From positions 26,266-90,265 of the forward strand of contig JBBTQS010000003.1 of the NCBI GenBank assembly GCA_038065555.1: a stretch of 64,000 bases of DNA, in the 5' to 3' direction. Source of the stretch: Patescibacteria group bacterium (GTDB taxonomy: Bacteria; Patescibacteriota; Patescibacteriia; Magasanikbacterales; JBBTQS01). Below the pieces are notes generated by a model that saw only the letters and a list, made by a program, of their open reading frames with translations, was not told the DNA's origin and did not search any database. Below, one piece after another: positions 18,451 through 27,624 of the stretch. The number at the start of each line of letters is the position of its first letter. The stretch's first letter is position 1. The position numbers and the translations under genes were made by a program.

Positions 18451-19770
18451 ATGCCCGCACTTGACCTCAACCCACAATTCCAACGTGCGCTCGACCTCAT
18501 GGAGAACACTGACCACCACCTCTTCATCACCGGTCGCGCCGGCACGGGCAAATCCACACTCCTCACCCATTTCCGAGAGCACACGAAGAAAAAAATCGCC
18601 GTACTCGCTCCAACCGGCGTCGCCGCACTCAATGTGCGTGGCCAAACCATCCACTCGTTCTTCCTCATTCCACCACACATCACACCACTCTCAGCAGGCA
18701 AAGAAAAACTTTCGCCCCGACTCAAACCTATTTGCAAAGCGTTAGAAACCATCATCATCGACGAAGTCTCCATGGTCCGCGCAGAGCTCCTCGATTGCAT
18801 CGATGTGCTCCTGCGTCGATACCGTGGATCACAGGAACCATTCGGCGGAGTGCAAATGATTTTCATTGGCGATCTGTACCAACTCCCGCCCGTGGTCTCA
18901 AGTAATGAGGAAGCGCAGTCGTTCACCATGCTCTACCCCAGCCCATTCTTCTTCGACGCGCATGTGCTGGGCCGAACCACATTCGAACTTGTGCAACTCG
19001 AAAAAATCTATCGCCAACGAGACACAACATTCATCGACCTGCTCAATCGTGTACGCACCAACACAACAACTCCTGCGGATCTCGAGGAGCTCAACGCACG
19101 CTGGATCGAGGATCATGGTTCGCTCTCAGAACACGAAACAACCATTGTTCTCACCGCGACCAACGCAGCTGCAGACGCCATCAACACTGCACGTCTTGCC
19201 GAAATCGACGAAGACGAGCACACATTTGGCGCCGTCGTGCAGGGCAATTTCGACCAACGTGTATACCCAACCGCTGAATCACTCACGCTCAAGAAAGGCG
19301 CGCAAGTCATGATGCTCGTCAACGATCCTGCAGGCGGATACGTGAATGGATCACTTGGTATTATCAAGCAAATCGGCCGCGAGGACGAGGATGTACCCAG
19401 CATGATCACTGTCGAACTCACCAACGGCGAAGACGCGACGGTCGCCATGCACAATTGGGAAATTCATCGCTATTCATTCGACGCGAGTATCAGCGCACTC
19501 ACGACAGAACCCGTCGGGTCGTTTCGCCAGTTCCCACTTCGTCTTGCGTGGGCTGTTACTATTCACAAGAGCCAAGGCAAGACATTTGATCGCGTTGTCA
19601 TCGACTTGGGCCGTGGTGCATTTGCACATGGCCAAGTGTATGTTGCACTGTCACGCTGTACGAGTCTCGACGGCATCGCGCTCCTGCGCCCCATCCGCAA
19701 CACTGACATCAAGATGGATGCGCGCGTCCACACATTTTTCGAGCGACTTACTTCGTCGGTTTCTTCTTGA
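18451..19770 (+). CDS. Pif1/RecD-like superfamily 1 DNA helicase
   Basis: Walker A 'GRAGTGKST', 'IIIDEVSMV' (motif II) and the C-terminal 'VYVALSRCTSLDGIALL' signature of Pif1/RecD-family helicases. Confidence 0.8.
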   Translation: MPALDLNPQFQRALDLMENTDHHLFITGRAGTGKSTLLTHFREHTKKKIAVLAPTGVAALNVRGQTIHSFFLIPPHITPLSAGKEKLSPRLKPICKALETIIIDEVSMVRAELLDCIDVLLRRYRGSQEPFGGVQMIFIGDLYQLPPVVSSNEEAQSFTMLYPSPFFFDAHVLGRTTFELVQLEKIYRQRDTTFIDLLNRVRTNTTTPADLEELNARWIEDHGSLSEHETTIVLTATNAAADAINTARLAEIDEDEHTFGAVVQGNFDQRVYPTAESLTLKKGAQVMMLVNDPAGGYVNGSLGIIKQIGREDEDVPSMITVELTNGEDATVAMHNWEIHRYSFDASISALTTEPVGSFRQFPLRLAWAVTIHKSQGKTFDRVVIDLGRGAFAHGQVYVALSRCTSLDGIALLRPIRNTDIKMDARVHTFFERLTSSVSS

Positions 19771-20419
19771 GATAGAGCCGCGCACTCGGGCACAGATCGC
19801 GCACCGGACACTCCTCGCACTTCGGCCGCGGCGCGCGACAAACTGCTCGTCCGTGGAGAATCATGTACTCATTTACTTCCAGCCAGTTCTTCCTGGGAAA
19901 GAGCGCTTCGAGATCTGCAGCAATCGCAATCGGATTCTTACTTTTCGTGAGGCCCAAGCGCGCAGCAACTCGTGTCACATGCGTATCCACGGCAACACCT
20001 GTCTGCACTCCGAATTCTTTGGCCATGATGAGATTCGCAGATTTGTACGCCACGCCCGGCAAGAGAATCAGCTCTTCGACCGTCCGGGGCACTTCGCCAC
20101 CAAATCGCTCTACAAGTACTCGTCCAATCCCTTGCAAATACCGCGACTTCGCGCGGAAGAACGTGATCGATCCGATCGCACGTTCGAGCTCAGCAACTGG
20201 CGCATTCGCGTAGTCTGCAGCGGTACGATACTTCTTGAAGAGTTCGCGCGTGACGAGATTCACGCGGACATCCGTGCACTGCGCAGACAGCATAGTAGCC
20301 ACGACGAGCTCGAGCGGCGTGGACCACAAAACGAACGCATCAGGTACGCGAGCGCGTGCATAGACTTTCTTGAGTTTGCGCAATAGACTCTGTCCTCTCT
20401 GCTGCAATATTGACTTCAT
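19748..20419 (-). CDS. nth: endonuclease III (DNA glycosylase/AP lyase)
   Basis: HhH-GPD fold (LPGVAYKSANLI...) and a C-terminal 4Fe-4S loop CRAPRPKCEECPVRDLC. Confidence 0.85.
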   Translation of the reverse strand: MKSILQQRGQSLLRKLKKVYARARVPDAFVLWSTPLELVVATMLSAQCTDVRVNLVTRELFKKYRTAADYANAPVAELERAIGSITFFRAKSRYLQGIGRVLVERFGGEVPRTVEELILLPGVAYKSANLIMAKEFGVQTGVAVDTHVTRVAARLGLTKSKNPIAIAADLEALFPRKNWLEVNEYMILHGRAVCRAPRPKCEECPVRDLCPSARLYLKKKPTK

Positions 20420-20496
20420 ACAACTCTCACTCTACCAGAACACCTTGTATTGGGAAGACGCACTGTGAGACACTACCCCTATATTCACCACATCCT

Positions 20497-21147
20497 ATGC
20501 CTCCACGCTCCCCAGAATTTGGCGGGTACCGGCCACCAGAGATCCTACCAAGCGTCGAAGCCCCACCTGACGTCTTCGCGCAATGGCAACGCAAAGCAAC
20601 CGAACTCATGAATCCTGAGAAAAAGCACGCGCCCGAACAACTCGGACCTGATCGACCATTTCCACTCATCATCGACGGCAAAGAGGTGCCAGCCTTCGAA
20701 CGTGCACAATTTGACGGGCAAAGTTTTGAGTTGCAAGTGTACATTCCAGAAATCGACACACCTATCGCGGAGGTGAGATATCGAGCAACGGGAACAGCGC
20801 TCGTCATGGGCAAGACATTCGTAACGGACGCATACCAAAAATTAGGCATCAACTCACGTCTCTTCCAAGACATGAGTAATCTCCACCCAGATTGCACATC
20901 TGTTGAAACAAAACTAGACGAAACAAATGGATTCACCTATCGCAATGCGGTACAAGACGGCATGGACCCAATCAGTGCAATACAACTGACTCCTGCAGCA
21001 AAGATCCGCGAGAAGGCCGGATGGGTATTTGACCCAAAGACGTCATCGCTTCCAGCTTGGGACGCAGAAAGACGACGTTGGCATGTGCCAGACAAGGAGC
21101 ACAACGACACCACGGTCAGGTTGACCTACCACCGTGCAAAACCGTAG
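20497..21147 (+). CDS. hypothetical protein
   Basis: Start at the internal ATG (MPPRSPEFGG...); the track ORF begins with TTG at 20410. Pro-rich N-terminus; no domain recognised. First gene of a three-gene co-directional block. Confidence 0.45.
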   Translation: MPPRSPEFGGYRPPEILPSVEAPPDVFAQWQRKATELMNPEKKHAPEQLGPDRPFPLIIDGKEVPAFERAQFDGQSFELQVYIPEIDTPIAEVRYRATGTALVMGKTFVTDAYQKLGINSRLFQDMSNLHPDCTSVETKLDETNGFTYRNAVQDGMDPISAIQLTPAAKIREKAGWVFDPKTSSLPAWDAERRRWHVPDKEHNDTTVRLTYHRAKP

Positions 21148-21183
21148 GATGCGAGGGAGGAGAGAACCTAACTACCGCACACC

Positions 21184-21852
21184 ATGAAACCTATTATTGT
21201 TGATATCGAGACAATCGGCGCACCCTGGGACTCACTCGACGAGCCACAGCGCGAGTATCTGACCAAGAATGACGAGGACGACGAGGCTCGCGACAAAACT
21301 CGCGATTCGCTCGCGCTCTGGGCGCCAACCGCGCGCATCGTGACAATCGCAATGCTCAATCCACTGTCAGACAAAGGCAAGGTGTATTTCAGTGCAGGTG
21401 ACAGTGTTATTGACTCATTCAACGAAGACAATGCTGAGTACGTCTGCGTAGACGAGAAGTCGATGCTCGAGAAATTCTGGGACGATGTGCAGCACTATGC
21501 GCCGGTAATCACATTCAACGGACGATGCTTCGACGGACCAATGCTCATGTTGCGCTCAGCAATGCTCGATGTACGCCCGAGTCTCAACCTCGTTCCCTAT
21601 CGTTACGACTACAAGTCACACTGTGATTTGCTCGATCAACTCACCTTCTACGGTGCAACTCGCAAATTCAATCTCGATATGTATGCTCGTGCATTCGGCA
21701 TCCGCAGTCCAAAGGAAGAAGGAGTGACAGGTGACCAAGTTGGCACCATGTATGCCGATGGCAAATACGTCGACATTGCGCGTTACTGCCTTCGCGATGT
21801 TCGCGCTACTGCCGAACTCTGGAAACGCTGGGACTACCTCCTGAAATTCTAA
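21184..21852 (+). CDS. DEDD-type 3'-5' exonuclease-like protein (PolB-exonuclease-like, RNase H fold)
   Basis: MKPIIVDIETIG (Exo I DxE motif) and the overall pattern of stand-alone predicted 3'-5' exonucleases related to the family-B polymerase exo domain. Confidence 0.6.
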   Translation: MKPIIVDIETIGAPWDSLDEPQREYLTKNDEDDEARDKTRDSLALWAPTARIVTIAMLNPLSDKGKVYFSAGDSVIDSFNEDNAEYVCVDEKSMLEKFWDDVQHYAPVITFNGRCFDGPMLMLRSAMLDVRPSLNLVPYRYDYKSHCDLLDQLTFYGATRKFNLDMYARAFGIRSPKEEGVTGDQVGTMYADGKYVDIARYCLRDVRATAELWKRWDYLLKF

Positions 21853-21856
21853 TGGC

Positions 21857-23284
21857 ATGACTCCACGACACCCGCTCACCGCCTCGCAGTTCCTCCACTA
21901 CGAGTTCTGCCCGAATTGGGTCTGGCTTGATGCACACGGAGATCACAGTCGTCGCGCGCCGATGAGCGGGCTCATGGAGAAATTGCTCGAACAAGGCGTT
22001 GTGCACGAACAACATGTCGTGACACAAATGCAACCAACTGAAGTCTCAACGCGTGAGACCGCAGCAGCAGCCGAAGAAACCATGCACCTCATGCATGCAG
22101 GAGCAGAGGCAATTCACGGCGGTGTGCTCACTGCTGTAATCGATGGGCGCCAGTGGATCGGCAGACCCGATCTCCTACTGCGACGTTCTGGTGATTCTGC
22201 ATTTGGTCGATACTGCTACGAGGCAGTGGAGATCAAGAGTAGCCACGAGATGAAGCCAGTGCAGCGACTGCAACTCACCTTCTACTCCATCCTTTTGCAG
22301 GAAGTACAAGGAACATTTCCACCACGCGGAGGCATCATCACCATTCAGGGCGAGCGATTGTACTTCGATCCGCATGACACGATTGATCGGTTCACCGCGC
22401 GACGTCGAGAGATCGAACGCATTCTTGATGGCAAAGAACCCGGCATTACACTCACGCGTGGATGTTTGCAATCCCCGTGGGCAGCAGTGTGCCTAGAACG
22501 CGCAACAGAGGCGCGAGATATTTCGTTGCTTTACAATATTGACCGATTAGCACTCGATCTCCTGCGACGCAACAACATCCACACCCTTGAGGATGCTGCG
22601 CTCATGGATCCAGCGCTCATTCCACATGTACCCGGTGTTACACCTACACGCCTTGCACACATTCGATTGCAGGCGGCATCATTCTTGCACAACACCGTTG
22701 AGGTTGTACGCGAGCCACACATTTCGAAGAACGGTCTTCTGATTCATTTCGATATCGAAGCAGATCCACTCGTGGATACAGAATATCTCTTTGGATTTCT
22801 TATCGAAGGTGGTACAGAAGATACGTACGTCAATTTCCTTGCGAAGCAACCAGGCGACGAGAGCGCGATGTGGCACCAATTCTTACAGTGGCTCGAGACA
22901 CTCCCCGAGCAATACACCATTTATCATTACGCGCCGTACGAGAAGCACCACGTGATGATGCTCGCAAAAAAATACGGATCTACTCCTGCGCTCGAGCGAT
23001 TCCAGCAGAACCTTGTTGACCTCTTTGAGATTGCACAACGATCAGTAATCTTCCCGCTCTCGTTCTACTCATTGAAAGACATTTGCAAATACCTCGGATT
23101 CTCATGGCGCAATAATCAAGGGAGTGGTACCCAGAGTATTTTTTGGTATGAACGCTGGCTCGAGACTGGAGATCACAGCGCTCTCGAAGAATGTATTCGC
23201 TACAACGAAGACGACGTACGCGCTAGCGCGTTTTTGCGCCGGTGGCTCGAGAACCATAGTACGCAGCAGCCAACGCAGTTGTAA
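21857..23284 (+). CDS. RecB-family nuclease (TM0106-like): Cas4-like PD-(D/E)xK domain fused to a DEDD exonuclease-like domain
   Basis: N-terminus CPNWVWL, 'GRPDLLL' and 'YEAVEIKSS' (D...EXK nuclease motifs) plus a CxxxxxxxxC pair. C-terminal 'IHFDIEADPLVDTEYLFGF' is the exonuclease DxE motif. Confidence 0.65.
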   Translation: MTPRHPLTASQFLHYEFCPNWVWLDAHGDHSRRAPMSGLMEKLLEQGVVHEQHVVTQMQPTEVSTRETAAAAEETMHLMHAGAEAIHGGVLTAVIDGRQWIGRPDLLLRRSGDSAFGRYCYEAVEIKSSHEMKPVQRLQLTFYSILLQEVQGTFPPRGGIITIQGERLYFDPHDTIDRFTARRREIERILDGKEPGITLTRGCLQSPWAAVCLERATEARDISLLYNIDRLALDLLRRNNIHTLEDAALMDPALIPHVPGVTPTRLAHIRLQAASFLHNTVEVVREPHISKNGLLIHFDIEADPLVDTEYLFGFLIEGGTEDTYVNFLAKQPGDESAMWHQFLQWLETLPEQYTIYHYAPYEKHHVMMLAKKYGSTPALERFQQNLVDLFEIAQRSVIFPLSFYSLKDICKYLGFSWRNNQGSGTQSIFWYERWLETGDHSALEECIRYNEDDVRASAFLRRWLENHSTQQPTQL

Positions 23285-24407
23285 TTGGCACTGCCAACAC
23301 AAGTGCACACGAGCCAACGAGTGTGCGGACAATTTCTTCGGAAATCCCTTCACTATTTATTGCAGCCCAGACTGGCTGGTACTCATTGGTAGCAGTGAGG
23401 AGAATGAGCGGGAACGACGCACCAGCGTATGCAAGAGCAAGTGTGTTAACCAGAGATGCGATATGCTCACGTCCTACAGATAACCCGCGATGGTAAAGAT
23501 CCGCACGCGTCAGTGCGGGATTTGCATGGTGCAACTCTTCCACAACAGCCACTTGGGCCGTTGTAATGTCGTCCAGAATTCCCAATGCACCAATCAGAAT
23601 ACTCCCGAGCAGCAATCCACGCAGATCTAACGTCGCAAGAATGCCTGTTTTGAGGAAGTATGCTTCCTCACTGCCGTAGCCATACAGGCGCGCTACCCAC
23701 ACAAATCCATAGGAGAGCACTGCGGCGAGGCAGCAAGCGATCACCGTGCTCACCCAGGCAATGGACGTGCGGCGTGTGAATCCGTGAGCGACAAACAATG
23801 CAACTGTCGCAATAACAATCGATCCTACAATGCACGCGAGCAATGGATCACCACCGCGGATAATCCAAGGGATCACTCCTTTTACTAACACGAGCAGACT
23901 GATCCCAAGACCCACAACTGATCCCAGTCCTTTCCAGCGACCGAGCAACAACACGGCAGCAAGGAAAATCAGCCCAGCAACAAGAAGCGCTGGCAATCGA
24001 TACGGTTCGTAGATGTGGTACACCTCACCGAGTTTGGATCCGTCGTATGTCTCGGACTTGATAAGCACAACCCAATCACCTTTTTCTACAACAAGACCTT
24101 CACGCAGTGCGAAGTCCATGCCGTGATTAATCTGTTGTTCGCGTCCTTCCTCATCCCCGCTTTTGATTTGGACAGTAACGCGCTGCATGATGCGCTCTGT
24201 ACCATCTTCTTCATTTTCTACTGCAGAATTCTCGACAGCGGTGACCTCAGCGCGATACCAGACATCGTTCTTTGGTACATACGTCGCTGGATCGACGCTA
24301 CCTGGCGTACTGGTCGATTGTGCCTGTACCCCCTGAGTCGTGGCAACCACCAATAACACTGCACACACAGCAACACTCATGATTCGCATCCATTGATTCC
24401 AACGCAT
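23223..24407 (-). CDS. YibE/F-family integral membrane protein
   Basis: N-terminal signal/TM, a large exposed domain, then 7-8 TM helices. Start taken at ATG 24405-24407 (MRWNQWMRIMSVAV...). The upstream 85 codons of the track ORF lack an RBS or membrane character. Confidence 0.6.
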   Translation of the reverse strand: MRWNQWMRIMSVAVCAVLLVVATTQGVQAQSTSTPGSVDPATYVPKNDVWYRAEVTAVENSAVENEEDGTERIMQRVTVQIKSGDEEGREQQINHGMDFALREGLVVEKGDWVVLIKSETYDGSKLGEVYHIYEPYRLPALLVAGLIFLAAVLLLGRWKGLGSVVGLGISLLVLVKGVIPWIIRGGDPLLACIVGSIVIATVALFVAHGFTRRTSIAWVSTVIACCLAAVLSYGFVWVARLYGYGSEEAYFLKTGILATLDLRGLLLGSILIGALGILDDITTAQVAVVEELHHANPALTRADLYHRGLSVGREHIASLVNTLALAYAGASFPLILLTATNEYQPVWAAINSEGISEEIVRTLVGSCALVLAVPITTALAAAYYGSRATGAKTR

Positions 24408-24470
24408 AGTACACCCATGGTACCACTCGCTCCTCTTTACACAAACACATCCATTGCGTACAACTAGGAC

Positions 24471-24935
24471 ATGCAACCACACCCAGACATCGTCGTCATC
24501 CTTCCGAATATTCGTTCTGCCCACAATGTAGGTGCATTCTTTCGTACCGCAGACGCGATTGGCGTGCGCAAGATCTACCTCACAGGGTACACTCCAACTC
24601 CTGGCCACCCACGAGTGGACAAGGTTTCGCTCGGCGCTGAGAAAACGATTCCCTGGGAACACCGCAAAACCACCCCTTCACTCCTTCGCGAGCTGCGAGC
24701 CAACGGCTACAGCATTGTGGCACTCGAGAAGACCAAGAAAAGTATTGACTACCGCGAATGGACACCTGTATTCCCACTCGCCATCATTGTTGGCAACGAA
24801 GTAACGGGCATCACTCCAGCACAACTCGCCATCGCAGACACCGTCGTACATCTCCCCATGCTCGGGACCAAGGAATCACTCAACGTCTCTGTTGCCTTTG
24901 GCGGCCTCGCCTACGCAATTGCACGTTTTTTCTAA
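24471..24935 (+). CDS. SpoU/TrmH-family RNA 2'-O-methyltransferase (small TrmL-like form)
   Basis: SPOUT motifs 'LPNIRSAHNVGAFFRTADA', 'IVGNEVTGI' and 'LNVSVAFGGLAY'. Confidence 0.75.
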   Translation: MQPHPDIVVILPNIRSAHNVGAFFRTADAIGVRKIYLTGYTPTPGHPRVDKVSLGAEKTIPWEHRKTTPSLLRELRANGYSIVALEKTKKSIDYREWTPVFPLAIIVGNEVTGITPAQLAIADTVVHLPMLGTKESLNVSVAFGGLAYAIARFF

Positions 24936-25190
24936 CAAAAACAAACGCCGACTGCTTGCGCATCGGCGTGTGTAGAGCGTTTTGTCGTGTGAGCATCCGA
25001 CCACGTAACCACCACGAAACATGGTACGAATGCTCGCGCGACAATCCCTACGAATTATCACGTCTCCCCGTTCTTTTCGATCTCTCAAGGCACTACTTTA
25101 GCACATCTACACTTTTTGTCAAGTAACAAGTTGACAAAATACGCCCATGCAACGGCTCGTATTTTTCATCTGTTTTTGCGCAAAACATCC

Positions 25191-25219
25191 TTGACGCACC
25201 CCCTGGCCCATGCTAGGCT
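25191..25219 (+). promoter_or_regulatory. sigma70-like promoter TTGACG-17-(TGc)TAGGCT with no downstream protein gene
   Basis: -35 at 25191-25196; extended -10 TGCTAGGCT at 25211-25219. The transcript would start near 25226 inside a 535-bp ORF-poor convergent spacer. Confidence 0.3.
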
Positions 25220-25225
25220 GAAATT

Positions 25226-25472
25226 GCCCGCTACATGGACCTTGGGCAAGACCAGATTTTGCTCCTCCAGAGCAGAATGTCTCGCGTAGCAAGAGGGAGA
25301 TGCATTGCAATGGGGAACGCATAGCAATTTTCCCTGTCCACGTTGTACCACAACCCAACCGGCAAAGCCGCGCGGAGTGAAGTGACCGAGCACTCGTGCC
25401 CAGTACCTTCACTTCCGCGCGGCTAACCGACTTCCAGAATGCTGTCACCTACGTGATGGTTTTTCTTATTTT
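25226..25472 (+). ncRNA. candidate small RNA of unknown class
   Basis: Promoter above; a 15-bp bulged hairpin at 25368-25423; terminal small hairpin GUCAC-cuac-GUGAU plus GGUUUUUCUUAUUUU at 25444-25472. I found no match to tmRNA, RNase P or SRP signature motifs. Confidence 0.25.
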
Positions 25473-26229
25473 AACTCTTTCGACCTGATTCTTTGCGCTG
25501 CGCCTTTGCTCCGACAAATGCGAAATGAAAGAGCGTGCGCAATGTTTGTGCGAGTCGCTTGCTCTCAATAATTGCCGAATACATTTTGCCCTCGAATGTA
25601 ACCAAATTGATTTTGTCTCCGTACACACCGATGTGTGCCTTGAACTCGCCGTCTTTGCCCGCCACATAGTAGCGCTCTCCACTATCACTACTCCCACTTG
25701 TACCACCATAGAGTCCACGCATCCGCACGGAACGCTTGCGTAGGATGTTACGCAGCGGCTGCAAATCTTGTGGTGTGAGCACGGTGAAGAGTGCGTCGGC
25801 ATCAGCGATCTCGTCCATTTCCTTGAAGTCCGTGTTCGCCCAATCTTCCATGATTGCACGTACACCTTCCTTGCCTTCGAAGAGGCGAACAATAGGCTTG
25901 TCCCCGCCAGCCTGCAGTGTCAGCTCTGGGAGCATCTGTTCGAGATCAGCAATCTTGCCAGCAACGTCACTATGGTACCGATGCGCGTACGCAATGAGCT
26001 TGTTAGGTTGTTCTGCTGCAAAATAGCGCTTCTTGCCACGCATCACATTGGTGAACAACCCGCGCTCTGTGAGCGCGTCCACTGCGGTATACACTGCCTG
26101 GCGCGACAGATGCGTTGCCTTCGTGAAATCCAGAATAGTGCCAGCTCCACGAGTGAGGCCAGCCACATAGACTTTGATTTCACTGTCCAATAGGCCCAGT
26201 GAGCGCAAAAGCGGAGCAAGATCTTTCAT
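25471..26229 (-). CDS. TrmB-family transcriptional regulator (paralog 4)
   Basis: Start ATG 26227-26229 (MKDLAPLLRSLGLLDSEIKVYVAGLTRGAGTILDFTKATHLSRQAVYTAVDALTERGLF). TrmB C-terminal domain. Confidence 0.8.
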   Translation of the reverse strand: MKDLAPLLRSLGLLDSEIKVYVAGLTRGAGTILDFTKATHLSRQAVYTAVDALTERGLFTNVMRGKKRYFAAEQPNKLIAYAHRYHSDVAGKIADLEQMLPELTLQAGGDKPIVRLFEGKEGVRAIMEDWANTDFKEMDEIADADALFTVLTPQDLQPLRNILRKRSVRMRGLYGGTSGSSDSGERYYVAGKDGEFKAHIGVYGDKINLVTFEGKMYSAIIESKRLAQTLRTLFHFAFVGAKAQRKESGRKS

Positions 26230-26340
26230 ATTTAGTACGTTTTTACAAGTGTAGCACATGGGGATAAAAACGCCAGAATAACAAAAAGACCCACCCGGAT
26301 GGTGAGGTCGCCAAATAATTCAAAGCGATCTCGCACTCAA

Positions 26341-26649
26341 TCACACTTCGTGATTGTTCAACATCTTTGCGATGTCATGGCGATGATCATCGGTGATCTG
26401 CATATGACGCAATAGCTGCTGGTTGATACCAGTTACTTTGGCTTCCAGACTTTCCAATCCATCACTCAAACGATCCTCGAGCTTGCTCAACCGAGTATTG
26501 GTCTCACAAAATCGATCCTCAACACGCTCAGCATATGCGTGGACGAATATAGACAATTCTGAAATTTGTTCAGTTATCTTATCAAATTTTTGATCAATGG
26601 TGAGTCGGACAGTGGATTGCATACTATAAATGATGGTGGTTAGTCCCAT
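26341..26649 (-). CDS. hypothetical coiled-coil protein
   Basis: ATG 26647-26649 (MGLTTIIYSMQSTVRL...), heptad-like, last gene of the fba operon. The longer track ORF overlaps fba and is rejected. Confidence 0.35.
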   Translation of the reverse strand: MGLTTIIYSMQSTVRLTIDQKFDKITEQISELSIFVHAYAERVEDRFCETNTRLSKLEDRLSDGLESLEAKVTGINQQLLRHMQITDDHRHDIAKMLNNHEV

Positions 26650-26704
26650 TGCACTCGGGAGTACACCACCGTACCGCCCAAGTTTTGTCACTGTCAATTG
26701 TGGA

Positions 26705-27613
26705 CTACTTCCCAGCGCTTCCGAACATGCGCAACTTCTTCTCGACAACTGCTTGCACTGCATCGCGAGCTGCACTCGTGTACACGCGTGGATCGAACTC
26801 GCGTGCGTTCTTCGCAAGCGCTGTGCGTAGCGCACTCGTATATGCCAATCGCAAATCAGTATCAATATTAATTTTGGTAATTCCCGTCTTGATTGCCTTC
26901 TTGATGTCTGCGTCGCTCATGCCTTCTGCTTTGGACAAGCCCATCTTCTTTGCGAGCTTTGGATCCACACTGCTTGCGCCGTGCAACACGAGAGGCACAT
27001 TCACTGCAGACGCGATTGCTGCGAGCCGCTTCACATCCAACTTCCCTGCAATTCCTGTGTGTTTGAATGCACCATGTGCTGTTCCCACAGACACAGCGAG
27101 TGCATCACACCCAGTCTTGTCCACGAATTCTGCGGCTTGCGCAGGATCGGTGTAGAACGCGTCGCGATTCTTCACACTAATCTTGTCCTCACGACCAGGG
27201 ATCGGTCCGAGTTCTGCTTCAACAGAGATCCCCGCGGCGTGCGCCTCGTCCACAATCTTCTTCACAGTCTTGATATTGTCCTTGAATGCGAGATGCGACG
27301 CGTCGATCATCACACTGGTGTAATACCCCGATGCAATCGCAGCACGCACGAGACGCACATCGTGACCATGATCGAGATGCACTACCACTGGCACCTTCAC
27401 CGACTGCGATGCAACCCACGAAATCACACCGAGATACACCATGCCTGCGTATTCGATCGCGCCACCACTTGTCTGCAATACCACAGGCGACTTCGCTCGC
27501 TCAGCCGCTGCAACAATTGCCTGCGCTGTCTCCATGGAACTGAAATTAAATGCACCAACTGCATACTTGTGCAGTTGGGCATGGGGCAAAATATCAGTGA
27601 GGGTTGCGCGCAT
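26705..27613 (-). CDS. fba: class II fructose-1,6-bisphosphate aldolase
   Basis: Characteristic HLDHG, 'GFTSVMIDASH'-like and C-terminal 'LVLHGASSV' motifs. Confidence 0.9.
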   Translation of the reverse strand: MRATLTDILPHAQLHKYAVGAFNFSSMETAQAIVAAAERAKSPVVLQTSGGAIEYAGMVYLGVISWVASQSVKVPVVVHLDHGHDVRLVRAAIASGYYTSVMIDASHLAFKDNIKTVKKIVDEAHAAGISVEAELGPIPGREDKISVKNRDAFYTDPAQAAEFVDKTGCDALAVSVGTAHGAFKHTGIAGKLDVKRLAAIASAVNVPLVLHGASSVDPKLAKKMGLSKAEGMSDADIKKAIKTGITKINIDTDLRLAYTSALRTALAKNAREFDPRVYTSAARDAVQAVVEKKLRMFGSAGK

Positions 27614-27624
27614 ACATGCTCCAA

